From Lama guanicoe (taxonomy: Eukaryota), in the NCBI GenBank assembly GCA_013239625.1, contig MU053482.1, positions 1,029,168 through 1,093,167 on the forward strand: a stretch of DNA of 64,000 bases. The letters run 5' to 3'. Below the pieces are notes generated by a model. That model ran no database searches and was not told where the DNA came from. It was given only the letters and a program-made list of their open reading frames with translations. Positions 9,563 to 22,185 of this stretch are shown here, piece after piece. The position numbers and the translations under genes were made by a program. Within the stretch, counting starts at the first letter, position 1. Each line of letters opens with the position of its first letter.

Positions 9563-11824
9563 TAAAAGAGATTGGTATCTATGAATAAATTGAAATGCAG
9601 AAAGCTAAACTAGCCCAAGGCCACTGATTCCATTTAAAAAAAGAGTTGAGTCTAAGTCAAAGTAGGTTCTAAGTAAACACATTGCATATACTAAGCATCT
9701 AGGAGTTACCATCAATGAAAATTCCCTAGGTTTTTCTCGTAAGAGCTATCTTTAGACATCCTTTCTCCATTCTTTATTTCTGTAATGGATTTAATCTCTA
9801 AGTGTAGATTAAATTCTCTTGCAGTTGTAAAGATTCCACTCAGTATTTTGGTTATAAATTCTTTTATTTAGGATAAGAGTTTTCCATTGACATTCTAGCT
9901 TTGTGTTTCTAGAGATTTTTTCCTTCATTTTTCTAGTGAGCTGGAGAAGGTTCACCTGGTCAGGGTGTGAAGTAGAGCTTTATGACACATCACTGATGAC
10001 TTTTCTTTCCAGGTGGACATTAACCCTATTCAGGGGAAGCTTTTTCTAGATAATTGGTTTTCAGACTTGGCTGCATGTTAGAAACACTTAGGAAGCTCTC
10101 ACAAACAAACAGACAAAAAAATAAAACAAGAAGCTGCCAGTGACTGAGCTCTACCCTATACCAGTTAAATCAGAATCTCTGTGGATGGGGCCTGATAGTA
10201 TATTTTTATAATAATTCCTCAGTTGGTTCTAATGTGCACCCAGGTGGAAGACAACTGTTAAGGCCATTAAGAAAAGGATGAACCCACCTAATTCTTATCA
10301 GCTCAGCTCAGATTTCTTTTTTGCAAAATTAGGAAAGATGGTATCAAAAGTCAGGGGGTCTCTACTGTTACTTTGTACGGTTACCACCCGGATCAACTGT
10401 TTCTTAACTTTTGACCATATTATCCCTAATTTTTATTTTGAGAACTCTTTAAAAATATCATGAGAAACTATATATCCACTCAATTTGGGGGGAAAAATAA
10501 GAAATTGAGAAAATCATGTCCAAAATATTCCATTAAAGGCCAGAATGTGGAACCCTCACTGTTTATTCAGAGTGAAATAACTTATTGAAAGATGTACATG
10601 GAAAATAATAATTAGGTATAGTTTCTAAGGAAAAATTTCCAAAATAATCATTGAGATTAAACATTAGTCTTAGTTCAAATTTTCAAAGATAGTCAAGAAA
10701 AATTAACCTTAAAACACTGGATTTTTATGAATAGACATTGGTGTGATTATGCACAATGGGATTAATTTTTTTAAATTAATGTTAATTGCAATCAGGAGCT
10801 AGAGAGTCTTCAAAGGAATGAGTGGCATATTGGATGCACGATATGTGAGGATCTAATTTGCATTTACTTCAGTGACATTTTAGGGCTTCTTCATAAATAT
10901 TTTATTTAAACAAGTGTGTTTTCATCACTGTAGGATTCCTCTACATGGACCAGTGAGTGGTTTAGTCAGGAGGTAATTACCAAGAGGGAAAAACAAAAGC
11001 AAATTGTGGTGAAGGCATCACAGGCAGCCCTGTGGCCAGCTGCTTCTCTCCGAATAAAGAGTTAAAAGCACAAACTTTTTGATGTGGGCTAAACTCTCAA
11101 GGAAAACTTAAGCTGACACCTAAGGGAAGTTATCCTAAAATTCTCTATTGTGTGTAGAACCTAGGCGTGGCTTTCCCTCTAAAGGCATATTGGCACGTGT
11201 GCTCTCCGATGTGGTTGGCTGAAAAAAATTCATAAACTCTTCCTAAGTGACTCACTTGAGGAAACTAACAAGTTCATGTGCTCAAGTGTATAGTGAAAAG
11301 GGGGGAGCTTAGAGAGCAGCGTCAGTGGAAGAGCAGCCTCACTTTCAAAAGCATAAGAATGAAGTATGTATTTCTACTTTCTAAATTAAATTACAGTTGG
11401 AGCCATAAATGTTCACCATGACTTCTTTCAAGCATTTCATTGGGTTGGCTCTAAGTAGGGCTTTAAACCAAGGCAAACTCCAACAACTAGGTTTTGCAAA
11501 TCTCCTTGCAATATTCCTCTGCCCTCGTGCATGAGTTTTCTCACACAAAAACTTCTATCCCAGTGCTGCTAGAACTGAACTTGAAAGGAAAACACTCAGG
11601 TCAGAATCTGATCTTGCCTTTACTAGCTTTATGACCTTGAGTTAAAAAATACTTGTCTTCACTTTATTCACCCGTGAAATGGCCTTAGAAGGCTGTTGCA
11701 GCACAGAGCCCAGAGTAAGTACTCAAGTAATTGCTCAGTAAGTGGATTTTGTGGTGCAGTATCACCTGTCCATGTTTCCCCTCCACCATGAGCCACAGGC
11801 ACGCACATGTTTTACCTATTTATA

Positions 11825-12299
11825 CAGCACACCTTGGACATGCTGCGGGTTGGGTTCCAGACCAACACAGTAAAGTGAGACACGTGAATTTTTTGGTTTC
11901 CCAGTGCATATAAAAGATAGGTTTACACTATATCGTGGTCTCTTAAGTGTACAATAGCATGATGTCTAAAAATAGTACGTAACTTAATTTAAAAATCCTG
12001 TATTGCTAAAAAATTGCTAACCATCATCTGATCCTTCAGTGAGTCATAATTTTGTTGCAGTAGTGACCTTCGAGATCACAGATCACTATAACAAATATAA
12101 TAATAGTAAAAAAGTTTGAGAGATTGCAAGAGTTAGCAAAGTATGGCATAGAGACATGAAGTGAGCAGGTGGTGGTGGAAAAACAGCCCAATAGATTTGC
12201 TCAGTGAAGGGTTGCCACAAACCTCCAATTTCCAAAAAAAAAAAAAAAAAAAAAAAAATAGTGCAATAAAATGAAGCACAGTAAAACAAGGTCTGCCTG
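11825..12299 (-). mobile_element. Internally deleted Tigger1 derivative (TcMar MITE) with internal poly(A) expansion
   Basis: TA-flanked termini (ta|cagcacaccttgg ... aaggtctgcctg|ta). Both ends match recalled Tigger1 ends with no transposase in between. A-run at 12234-12258. Confidence 0.8.
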
Positions 12300-12455
12300 T
12301 AATCATCCACAGACAAAATTTACTGTTCTACTTTTTTGTAAACTTGAACCTTGTAAAATTTGTTTTATCACTGTTTATTAACTGTATGACCCTGGGTAAG
12401 TTATTTAAGCTCTGTGTATTAGTTTTGTCATGAATCAAATGGAGTGCTTTTACCC

Positions 12456-12579
12456 AAATAAAATATAGGATGCCCAGTTTAATTTGAATTTCAGGTAAAC
12501 AAAGGATATCTGTTGTTGATCTGAAAGTCAAATTGAACTGGGCGGCTTATATTTTTATTTGCTAAATCTTGGAACCCTG
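12456..12579. mobile_element. MER53-like palindromic hAT element (centrally deleted), inserted in a MIR
   Basis: Arms ataaaatataggatgcccagtttaatttgaatttcagg and ctgaaagtcaaattgaactgggcggcttatatttttat, ending gctaaatcttggaaccctg. MIR sequence on both sides. Confidence 0.7.
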
Positions 12580-14769
12580 CATTAGTACCTATCTCATAAT
12601 GTATAGGAAGTGCCATACTGCCGGCACTTAGTACATGCTCAATACATATTAGCCATTAGTACTATTGTTGTTATAATTTATCCATGATGAGCAATCATTA
12701 TTGTGTAACTATTGTGATGACTGTATATATTCCAAAGGGTAGCTAAATCTTTTTCACTTAACCCTTCTTTGGGAATATTTCAAGCTTCTGATTTTTTATT
12801 ACTATAAATAATACTGTAAATAATAAATAAATAATACTCTATAGTATCCCACTCTCCTTTGGGAATATTTCTTAATAATTAATTATTACCAATGGGTTCC
12901 AGTTGCCTTCCAATATATCTCTGCCAGTTTGCCCTTACATGTTGTTGCTACATGTCAACAGTCAGTCCTCTACCATTAGGTGATAAAATATGAACAGAAG
13001 GTTGCTAATTTAATAAGTTCTAAGTGACTACCTGGTTGTTGTTTCAACTTGTATTTTTTCTATTGGTAGGATTAACTATTTTTAATATTTTAAACCTATT
13101 TGTATTTCCTGTTACGTGAATTTTTTTGTGTTTATTCTCTACCATGTACCAATTTAGTTTTGGAGAATCTTAATGTTTTTCTTATCAATTTGCATTAGCT
13201 GGAACATAAATATTCTGTCAAATTAGCTTATAGAAGGAGCACTGTAGCCAGTGGACTCAGGTTGACTGTAATTGATCCATTATACTAGACTGCCTTTTAA
13301 AATGTTAGGAGTGCATTCTTTCCATTGCTAAGTGCTGCCTTTATTTATGTGAAATAGAAAAAAATTTATTGTTATATAATTTGAATCTCATTTTCTTTCC
13401 CTCTTTCCAGCTCCCCTCCCATCCTAACACTTCTGTAGCCTTTACGTGGCCACACTGATCTGATCACTTTTCTAATTATAATTAAATTATAAAACATCCA
13501 CTCAGTGCCCCTTAAGTGCCAGGTACTAGGTTAGGCATCACTAATTCGAAGATACATTGGCTATGGTTACTACCCCGATGAAACTGAGATAAAACAATAA
13601 TAGTTAATATTAAGACCAGAAGGGAGATACGTACTGGATACAGTGCAGGAAAAGAGGAGAGAAGTAATTAGCTGACGTGAGTAGATCTATAGAGGATTCC
13701 TGGAGAAGTTGATTCTTGGGTGCGGCACTTTGCCTGGAATGTGTGGGTGGGAAGGACATTCTGGAATTTACAAACTTTCTAAGACAGGAGAGAATGGATC
13801 TTTGGTAACAGTAAGTGGAGCACATACGGGAATGTTGAGCAGTGAGTCTGTTCTAGTAAACACTGGTCGTCAGATCATGGAAGTCCTTGTATGCCGTCAT
13901 CAAAGTCCCATGGAGGACTTGGGCTAGAGGATTTTGAAGCAGAAATCTTGAAGGAAGTGCAGTTTACTATGATGAGCCCGAAGGACTCATTCTCAGCGAA
14001 GTAGTCCAGGAGATTTAAGGAGGGAAAAGTTGTGTGAGTGCCCTTCTCGAGTCTTCCCCTTCCTCATGGGAAAAAGCTCAAGCTAGTTGTGATGTGCTTC
14101 CTGACTGCGGTAGGGTCCTGACAGATTGGAAGTGCTGTGTGGGAGATTACCTTTTCAGATCCCCAATCATGTCACCCTGAAACTCAAGTGTAATTACCTC
14201 ATATAGTTGTAAAAACTGCCTTCAGCAAGTTTAGTCATCTGGCTCAAACATCTGGGTTCCAGATATAATTTCAGACTATGCCAACAATGACATCTTGCTT
14301 CCTTGCCTGTTTATTTAATAATGAAAAAAGCAATGTGTTCAGTTGCATTGCAGCCACTTGGTTTGAGGAGATGCACAGTCTGTTTTCTCTGATGTTACAG
14401 GGCTCAGGAGGGAGTCGATGTGGCAAGCCTGCCTGGTGCCTACCAAGCCATGCTTGGAGATGGTGATTTATTCGGTATACAGGGGCTGCAAAGTGGCCAG
14501 CTTAGTTTTGTAAAATAATTGAATGCCCTTAGGCAGGTGCTACAGTTTCTGCTTTCCCTATTTGCCCCACCTCCCCCGCCCCACACACATGAACTTCACT
14601 TACCACATTTAAGGAATAGGCCTGGCTATAAATGTTTGCACCAGCTATATAGCACTGCAGACCCGTTGAAGGGTTTTAAGCTGAAAACTGAGATGAGCAG
14701 ATTTATCTCCTAATTAGATGACTCTGAAGGCACGATGAAGGCTGACTGGAGAGATTATAATTAGAGATG

Positions 14770-17400
14770 CCATTCACTCACTCATCAATACTTATTGACC
14801 CTCTCCCACATGCAAGACTGTTCTAGGCATCGTAGGTGCCTGGATACCTGGATACAGTATTGTACATACACGAGGGGACCAGACAGAACATAAAAATCTT
14901 GCCCTTATGGAACTTACATGTTGGCAAGAGGAAAGTGATGGCACATAAATAAACTAATTACATAGTACGTTAGATAGTGATAAGTGCTAAGGAGAAAAAT
15001 AAAGCATGGAAAGGAATAGATATGGGAACTAAAATGGCATCACTGAGAAACTGATGTAGGAGGGAAGGTCAGAGATGTGGCAGCAAGATGTGCACGTATC
15101 AGGGGGAAGAGCATTCCAGAAGGAGAACAGCAGGTATAAAGGTCCTGAGGCAGACACATGCTTGGTATATTTAAGTGTCAGCCAGGGGCAGTGGGACCAT
15201 GGTGGAGTTGGCAAGGAAGAGAGAAGTAGTAGATGAGGTCAGAGAGGTGATGGCAGGCTGACTGTAAGGCCCTATAAGCCATTGTAACTTTTACTCAGAG
15301 AAAGATGGGAAGCTGTTAGAAAGTTTTATGCAGAGAATTAATATGTGACAGGGATAGAAAGGATCACTCTGCCTAACATTTAGAAAGTGGACTGTGGAAG
15401 GGAGAGCTGTGACGTGACTGCTGTGAGAGGTGATGGTGGCTTGGACCAGAGTGATGGCCATGGAGATGGTGAGAAATGGTCAGATTCTAGGTAGCTTGAG
15501 GGTAGAGCTGACAGGATTTACTGATGGATGGATGTAGGGTGTGAAAGGCAGAGAGAAATCAAGAGTGAGTCCAAGATTTTGGCCTGAGCAAGAGAAGAGA
15601 GGAGAAGTTTGAGGAGGATAATAAGGAGCTTAGATTGGATGTGTTAAGTTGGAACTGCTTATTAGTGAGTCAGGTGGGGAACAGACTAGGAAGCCAGACA
15701 CTTGAGCCTGGAGTTCAGGAAAGACGGCTGGACTGGAGATTCAGATGTGAGCATTGTAGGCTTAGAGGTGATGTTTAAAATAAGTCTGGCTGAAATCTTC
15801 TAGGCAGATGGTGTTGGAGAGAAGAGTTGGAGACTGAGTTCTGGAACTCTCTAGCCCTAGGAGGATGGAGAGAAAATGAGGAACCAGCAAAAGAACTCTA
15901 ATGAAGAGGGACCAGAAAATCCAAGCAAGAGTGTTGACCTGAAAGCGGAAATGATGAAGAAGGTGTGTGAGAAAGGAGGGGAAAAACAACTGCATCAGAT
16001 GCCATCAGATCAGGCAGAATGAGCGCTGGTCACAGCGGTTAGGTAACATCGGATCATTGGAAGTGATGTTAATTAGATGTTTTGGTAGACAAGTGAGGAC
16101 AAGAGCCTAACTGGCACAACCTTAAGAGAAATTGACGGGAGAGGAATTAGGGGCAGTGAATATAGACTACTCTTTCAAGTTTTTCTGCACACAGGAGCAG
16201 AGAGAAATGAGTTAGTAGTCAGTCACCAGTGAAGGAAGTAGATCAAGGGGGGTTGTTTTTATTTAAAGTTGTAGGAGATAACAGCACTTAGGTGATCTGG
16301 TAGAGAACAAAAACTCATTATATAGGATAATGAGGGGAGGGTTGCTGGAGGGCTGTCCTTGAGTGGGCATTTGGATGTGCGTCCTAGAGCTCAAAGACAA
16401 AGTCTAGCCTGCAGGTACACGTTTAGGAGCCATCAGCATCGGGAGGATATTTGAAGCCAATAAACTAGATGAGCTTACTAAGGGGTGAATGAAGACAAGG
16501 AGTCAAACGACTCATCAGAGGTTTGAGAGCTGGGAAGGAACCAACAAAGGAGACTGAAAGGGACAGTGGGAGGAGGGGGAATCAGGACTGTGGCAGAAAA
16601 TATTCCTGGGAGGAAGGCGTGAGCCCTTGTGTGAAATGAGGCTGATGGGTCAAATATGGTGAGGAGTGAGAACTGCCCATTGCATTTAGCAACGTGGAGG
16701 TGCACTGGTGACCGTGAACTGAGTGATTTTGGAGTGGAAATGGGCGAATGGAATTGGTGAAAATCTGATTGCAGTCTCTTCAAGAGATGAGGAGAGGAGA
16801 GAAGTTGAAGAAAGAGAATATATGCTACTTTTTTAGTTTCATTGTGAAGGAAAAGGGAGGAGAAAATGATTCAGAAGATGGTTTTTAAAGGAGAAAATAA
16901 CTGCATGTTTGTATGCTGGAGAGAAGTTTAAAATGATGCAGAGGATTGAACTGCCTGAGTGATGTACCTGAGTTGGTGGGTTTTTCAGCAGTTCTTTTGT
17001 TGTCAATGAACCGGGGCAGAGTATCTGAGCCCAGGTAGGTAGATAGGATTTGAGGATCTTATAGAGGTTTGTTTTCTGATTGCTCTTCCGTTATCATAAG
17101 AAAGGAAGCAGCAAGGTTACCAGCTGAGAGTGAGGATGGGGTACAAAATGTGCAGGTTTGAAAACAATAAGGTAGAAATGACAGTCCAAGAGGTGGGAGA
17201 TTGGATGGATTATGGAAGTCAGCCTGCCAGCAACATTGTCCACCCACTTGAAATTGTTGCTCATGAATTTAAAGTGATATCCACTAGCATAGATGTCAGG
17301 TTTTCTCCCACCACATGCACCTGTGTTTGCGCAGGCATGAAGAGACAGGAGTTTGTGTTTGAGCGGGGTTGTGTTTATGGATGACAATGAAATAGTGACA
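14770..17400 (-). mobile_element. L2 LINE remnants (long, degenerate)
   Basis: Starts with the antisense L2 3' tail (cattcactcactcatcaatacttattga), followed by purine-rich antisense L2 body text. Confidence 0.65.
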
Positions 17401-17414
17401 AAAGAGGGTATATA

Positions 17415-17810
17415 GGCAATCTGCTGAATGGGAGAAAATATTTGCAAACTGTATGGCCAATACAGGGTTAATACCAAAATGTAGAAACAGCTCATACAAC
17501 TCAACATCAAAAAAAGAAACAGCCCTACTAAAAAATAGGCAGAAGACCTGAACAGACATTTTTCCAAAGAGAACATGCAGATGGACAACAGGCACGTGAA
17601 AAGGCACTCAGCATGCTAATCATCAGGGAAATGCAAATCAAAACCACAGTGAGATAACACCTCACACCTGTCAGAATGGCTACCATCAAAAAGAACACAA
17701 ATAACAAACGTTGGCAAGGGTATGGAGAAACAGGAACCCTCATACACTGTTGGTGGGAATGTAAGTTGGTGCAGCCACTGTGGAAAACAGTATGAAGGTT
17801 TCTCAGTAAG
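17415..17810 (+). mobile_element. LINE-1 ORF2 C-terminal fragment nested in L2
   Basis: gaatgggagaaaatatttgcaaac ... catcagggaaatgcaaatcaaaaccacagtgagataacacctcacacctgtcagaatggc ... cactgttggtgggaatgtaa. Confidence 0.85.
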
Positions 17811-20800
17811 ATTAATTTTAAATGCATGAAGTTCAAGGATGTTTATGGAATCTGATGCAGATGTCCAGGGCAGTTGACTGGTGGATCACAGGGAAGAACT
17901 TACTGGAAGTCGAAGAAGGTGAGAAAAGGGTGAATTCTAAGGCTCCCAAGAAACTTGAAGAGTTTTAGAAAATAATTCTCAGTTGCAGCTACACATCAGA
18001 ATCAATCAAGGAACTTTTGAAGACAGCTGCCCTATCCCCATACTGACTAAATCAGAATCTTCCATGGTGACACCTAAAATATCTCTGCGTGTGAGTCTGG
18101 TGTGCAGCCAGGGTGGCAAATGACATGCATTTATAGCCTTTATGGATTGAAATTACTTTTTACAGCCCCATTGTCAAAGTAAATGCTCCAACCATCTGTC
18201 TAAAACCATTGTAAAATATTATGCAAGGAAATCTAAGCATGAAAATGCATTTACTGTTATCATTGATCCTTCTTTATTCTTACCACAGTGGGAGTTATCT
18301 CAAATTATTAGGAAGTACAGCTGCTGTTGGTACAGCTAATAATAAATTCTGTTGAAAATTTAGCTGTAGGATGTAACTGTAGCATCCTGGTGCTAACTAA
18401 AATCATGGTCCTCTTTTTAGCTGGGCATGTAATATTATCATTTATTTTTAATTTAGGATAACCATACTATAAATAAATTCTGTAAGAACTGTACCCAGGC
18501 TCTGAGCTTAGATAATATGGTTGCTTGATTCCTGTAGGATAAAGTCCTTTTTACCAATATGTTCACTTCCCATCAGAAAAACCTGGGAAACTAAGAAAGA
18601 GACATGGATGAAGGGACACATTAGAACCACTTTGGACATTTTACTCAGAAAATCTCAGGTTAAACATATTTTCAAATTTAATGTTTTCTAATAATGTGGA
18701 TGTTAATTGATGGCATAGCTGAGCTAGCCCTAAAGTCTTCTCAAATTATTTCAGAGGGAAAGAGAAAACTGTTGTTTGCTCTTCTTTAATCTGTTCCACT
18801 GTGACTGCTACTTAAGATTTAATGTCACTGTAATATTCTGAATTTATAGGGCATCCTTCTTCTGGGGCTTTGGAAGTGTTTGGTGTGTATTACCTTAATT
18901 TTGAGGGAACTAAAATTCATCATGTTATGGGATCTATTTCAGAGAGTCTACAAAGAGAACTAGAAAATCCCCCAAATGTTTCTCTTTTTTTCTTCCAAAT
19001 GCTGTTGGTAGAAGCATCCGTTGATTCTAACTCCATGCTGCTATAGAGGCCGTTTATGTATGGATTACTGAAGGCTTCTCTCGGGGGAATCTAATCTCTG
19101 TAGGTTCAGTTTGAGAGGATCCACTCTGCAGGCTGATAAAGATTAAAATTGCAGCTCTTTTCCATTACATTGGTTTTTTGATTTGTTAATTTTTATATTG
19201 TCTTAACGCTTCAGCAACTCAATCACAACTGTCTTCCCAGGACCTCAGCATGTGGGAACTGGGAAGTTAAATTGGACAGATTCACAAAACAAGGGCTCCA
19301 TAGCACACGTCTTTAAGTAAAAGGTGATGTTTTAGGGCTACGGGCGGTCATCAGGTTTGATCCAGGCAAACATGTGGGGAAAAGTGGGCATTAAATAGTG
19401 CCCTTAATAATTTAGCTTAGGACGTGGGGAAATGTTAGAGGAGGATCACAGTTGGCCGTACACCACTTGATTCCTAAATGTTGAGGAAATAGTTTCATTG
19501 AATATGTTAAAATAACAAGTGCAAAATATCTATGGATTTTATAATGTCTTTATCTTCTCTTTTTCCAAAGCCTCATGCTAATTAAACTAACATTCCTATA
19601 ATAAACATCCTGGATGTGACATAAAAGTCATTAAGTATGACTTATCTTAGACTGATAAATAGTATAATAAACAGTGAAGAGTAGCAGGCATAAGCTTTTA
19701 CTTTTAATGAATGAAGCAGTATTTAAATCTATAGGACCAAGTTTGTTAAAACTTCAGAGGTTAGAAAAATCAGAATTATAGTAGGTGACTACCATACTTG
19801 ACTAATAATATGACACATCAAATAGACAAAGTAAGTTAATAAATAGAGGATAGAAGTAATGTAATTAAAAGTTTGATTTACATGAAATACAGAATTTTCT
19901 ACTCACCAAGAGAAAAAGAGTGTTCTTGGAACATTTAAAAAAATTGATCAGTACATGATCAGACCATAAAAAAGGGACATTAATTCCAAAAGATCAAAAT
20001 TTTATGGGTTAAATTCACTGACAGTAATGCAATAAAACCATCAGTGAATGAATAACAAGTAACAACATCAAAACCCTAAACGTCTGAAAACTGAACTCTT
20101 CAAGAGGTCTCCTGAGTTAAAAAAAAATAAATGGAAACTAAAATTATAGACGTTGAAAATACAATGGAAATGAAAGCACCTGTATCAGAATTGCAGAGTC
20201 CAACCAAAGCTATATTTAGATGAAAATTCATAACTTTAACTTGTTATAGTAAATAAACAGAGAAATAGAAAATAAATAAACCAGCTTTAAATGTAAGAAC
20301 CTAGAAATAGAAAAGTGAAGTAAACCAAAAAAAAGTAGGAGCAAAGCATTAGTAAACCCCCCCCAAAAAAGAAATTAATAATTAGAAAGTGAAAAATAAA
20401 AAACAAAATCAAAGAAAAAGTGGTATTAATAAGCAAAACGAAGATGTGTTTCTTTGAATTATAAATAAGTAAATACTTTGCTATTTTGACCAAGAAAAAA
20501 TTATGAGAAAACATGAATATAAAGCAAGAGGAATGAGAAAGGGGATTTAATAATAGATGTAGAAGGGACAGAAAAACATAATAGAATGCCAGGTATGCCA
20601 GTGATACGGAAATATGGATTGAGTAGAAGGTATAAACATCTCAGAGCAGCTATAAAAATATTTAGAGGAAACTGAAAAATAATCCAAGAATTTTTCCCCA
20701 CAAAAGTTAAGGCCCAGATGTGTATAGGTCATGTCTATCAAAAAAATCAAGTAATGCATCAATCTCTCATTTGTTGAAACCATAATAGTCATTGCAGATT

Positions 20801-21016
20801 TGTTTTAATTTCTCATTGCAAAAAACATTTTTTAAAATGAGCACAAGAATTAAGGTCACCAACTCTTCTACTACGCAGAAATAATCACTCTACTATTTTT
20901 TTCCTAGAAGTAGAATTGCCAGATCCAAGCTTACGCACATTAAATATTTGGGTACAAAATTATCAAATTGTCCTCTGGAGAGGTTTAACAATTCATATCC
21001 TTATAAAACTACTCCA

Positions 21017-21099
21017 AAAATTGTGCTCTACACTGGAATTTGACACAACATTGTAAAATGACTATAACTCAGTAAAAAAATGTTAAAACAAAAACAAAA
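21017..21099 (+). mobile_element. Severely 5'-truncated young L1 (3' tip only) with 12-bp TSD
   Basis: Closely matches the reverse complement of 29090-29160. A-rich tail. TSD aaaactactcca at 21005-21016 and 21100-21111. Confidence 0.85.
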
Positions 21100-21356
21100 A
21101 AAACTACTCCATAGCAAACAATATAGAAAGCATTCCAGTTCAGTTTATGAAGCTAGTATCATACTGATATAAAATCTGACAAAGACAATAGGAAAAAAAT
21201 CTTAAAACTAATCTCAGTTAAGCACATAAATGCACAAATTCTATGTTAAATAACAGTAACATACGTACACAGCTTTGTATTAAAAGAATGATCTACTGCA
21301 GCCCAGCAGGGTTTATCTCAGTATAAGAATGGTAAAGCTATTATTGCACTAAGAGA

Positions 21357-21384
21357 TTTGTTGTTGTTGTTGTTGTTGTTGTTA
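21357..21384. repeat. (TTG)n microsatellite
   Basis: Directly visible. Confidence 0.9.
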
Positions 21385-21479
21385 TATATATAATAGTTGA
21401 CCATGTTTACACAAAATAAGTAACATAAGCTTCACACATTTTCCTCAACTTATCTCGTTATTCCCTCATTTAAAAAAAT

Positions 21480-22185
21480 AGCTTTATGAGGTTTATTTTA
21501 TACACTCTATAATTCACCCACTTTAAGGGATGATTATTTAGTAAATTTATGAAGTTGTGCAAGCATCATTATAAATCAGTTTTACAACATTTACATCACC
21601 CCAGTAAGATCCCCCATGTCCATTCCCAGTTCCAGGAGGCCACTAATCTGCTTTCTGTCTCTATAGATTTGCCTTTTCAGGACATTTTATATAGATGGAA
21701 TCATATAATATGCAATCTCTTCTGTAATTGGATCCTTTCACTTAGCATACTGTTGCGTTTGAGGTCCAGCCGTATTTGTAGCACGTGTTATTAGTTCCTT
21801 CCTTTTCATTACTGATTAGTATTCCATTACATGGATATTCCACATTTTATTTATCTGTACATCAGTTTGTGGATATTTGGATTGTTTTCAATTTGGGGCT
21901 ATTATGAATGAATAATGCTGCTAAGAACATTTGGGTGCAAGTTTTTGCACAGGTGTATATTTTGATTTCTCTCGGGTATATAGCCACAAGTGAAATTGCT
22001 GGGTCATGTGATAACTGTTGAAGATTTTGAGGAACTGCCAAACTATTTTCCAAAATCGCTGCACTACTTTACATTCCCATCAGTATTGTTTGAGGGTCCT
22101 TGTTTCTCTATGCCCTGGCTAACATTTGTCATTGTCTGTCTTTTTTATGATAGCCATTTTGGTGAGTATGAAATTGTGTCTCATT
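21480..22185 (-). mobile_element. LINE-1 3' end (older L1M-type)
   Basis: Antisense L1 3' UTR motifs (ctaatctgctttctgtctctatagatttgcc; tttgaggaactgccaaactattttcc). Confidence 0.8.
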
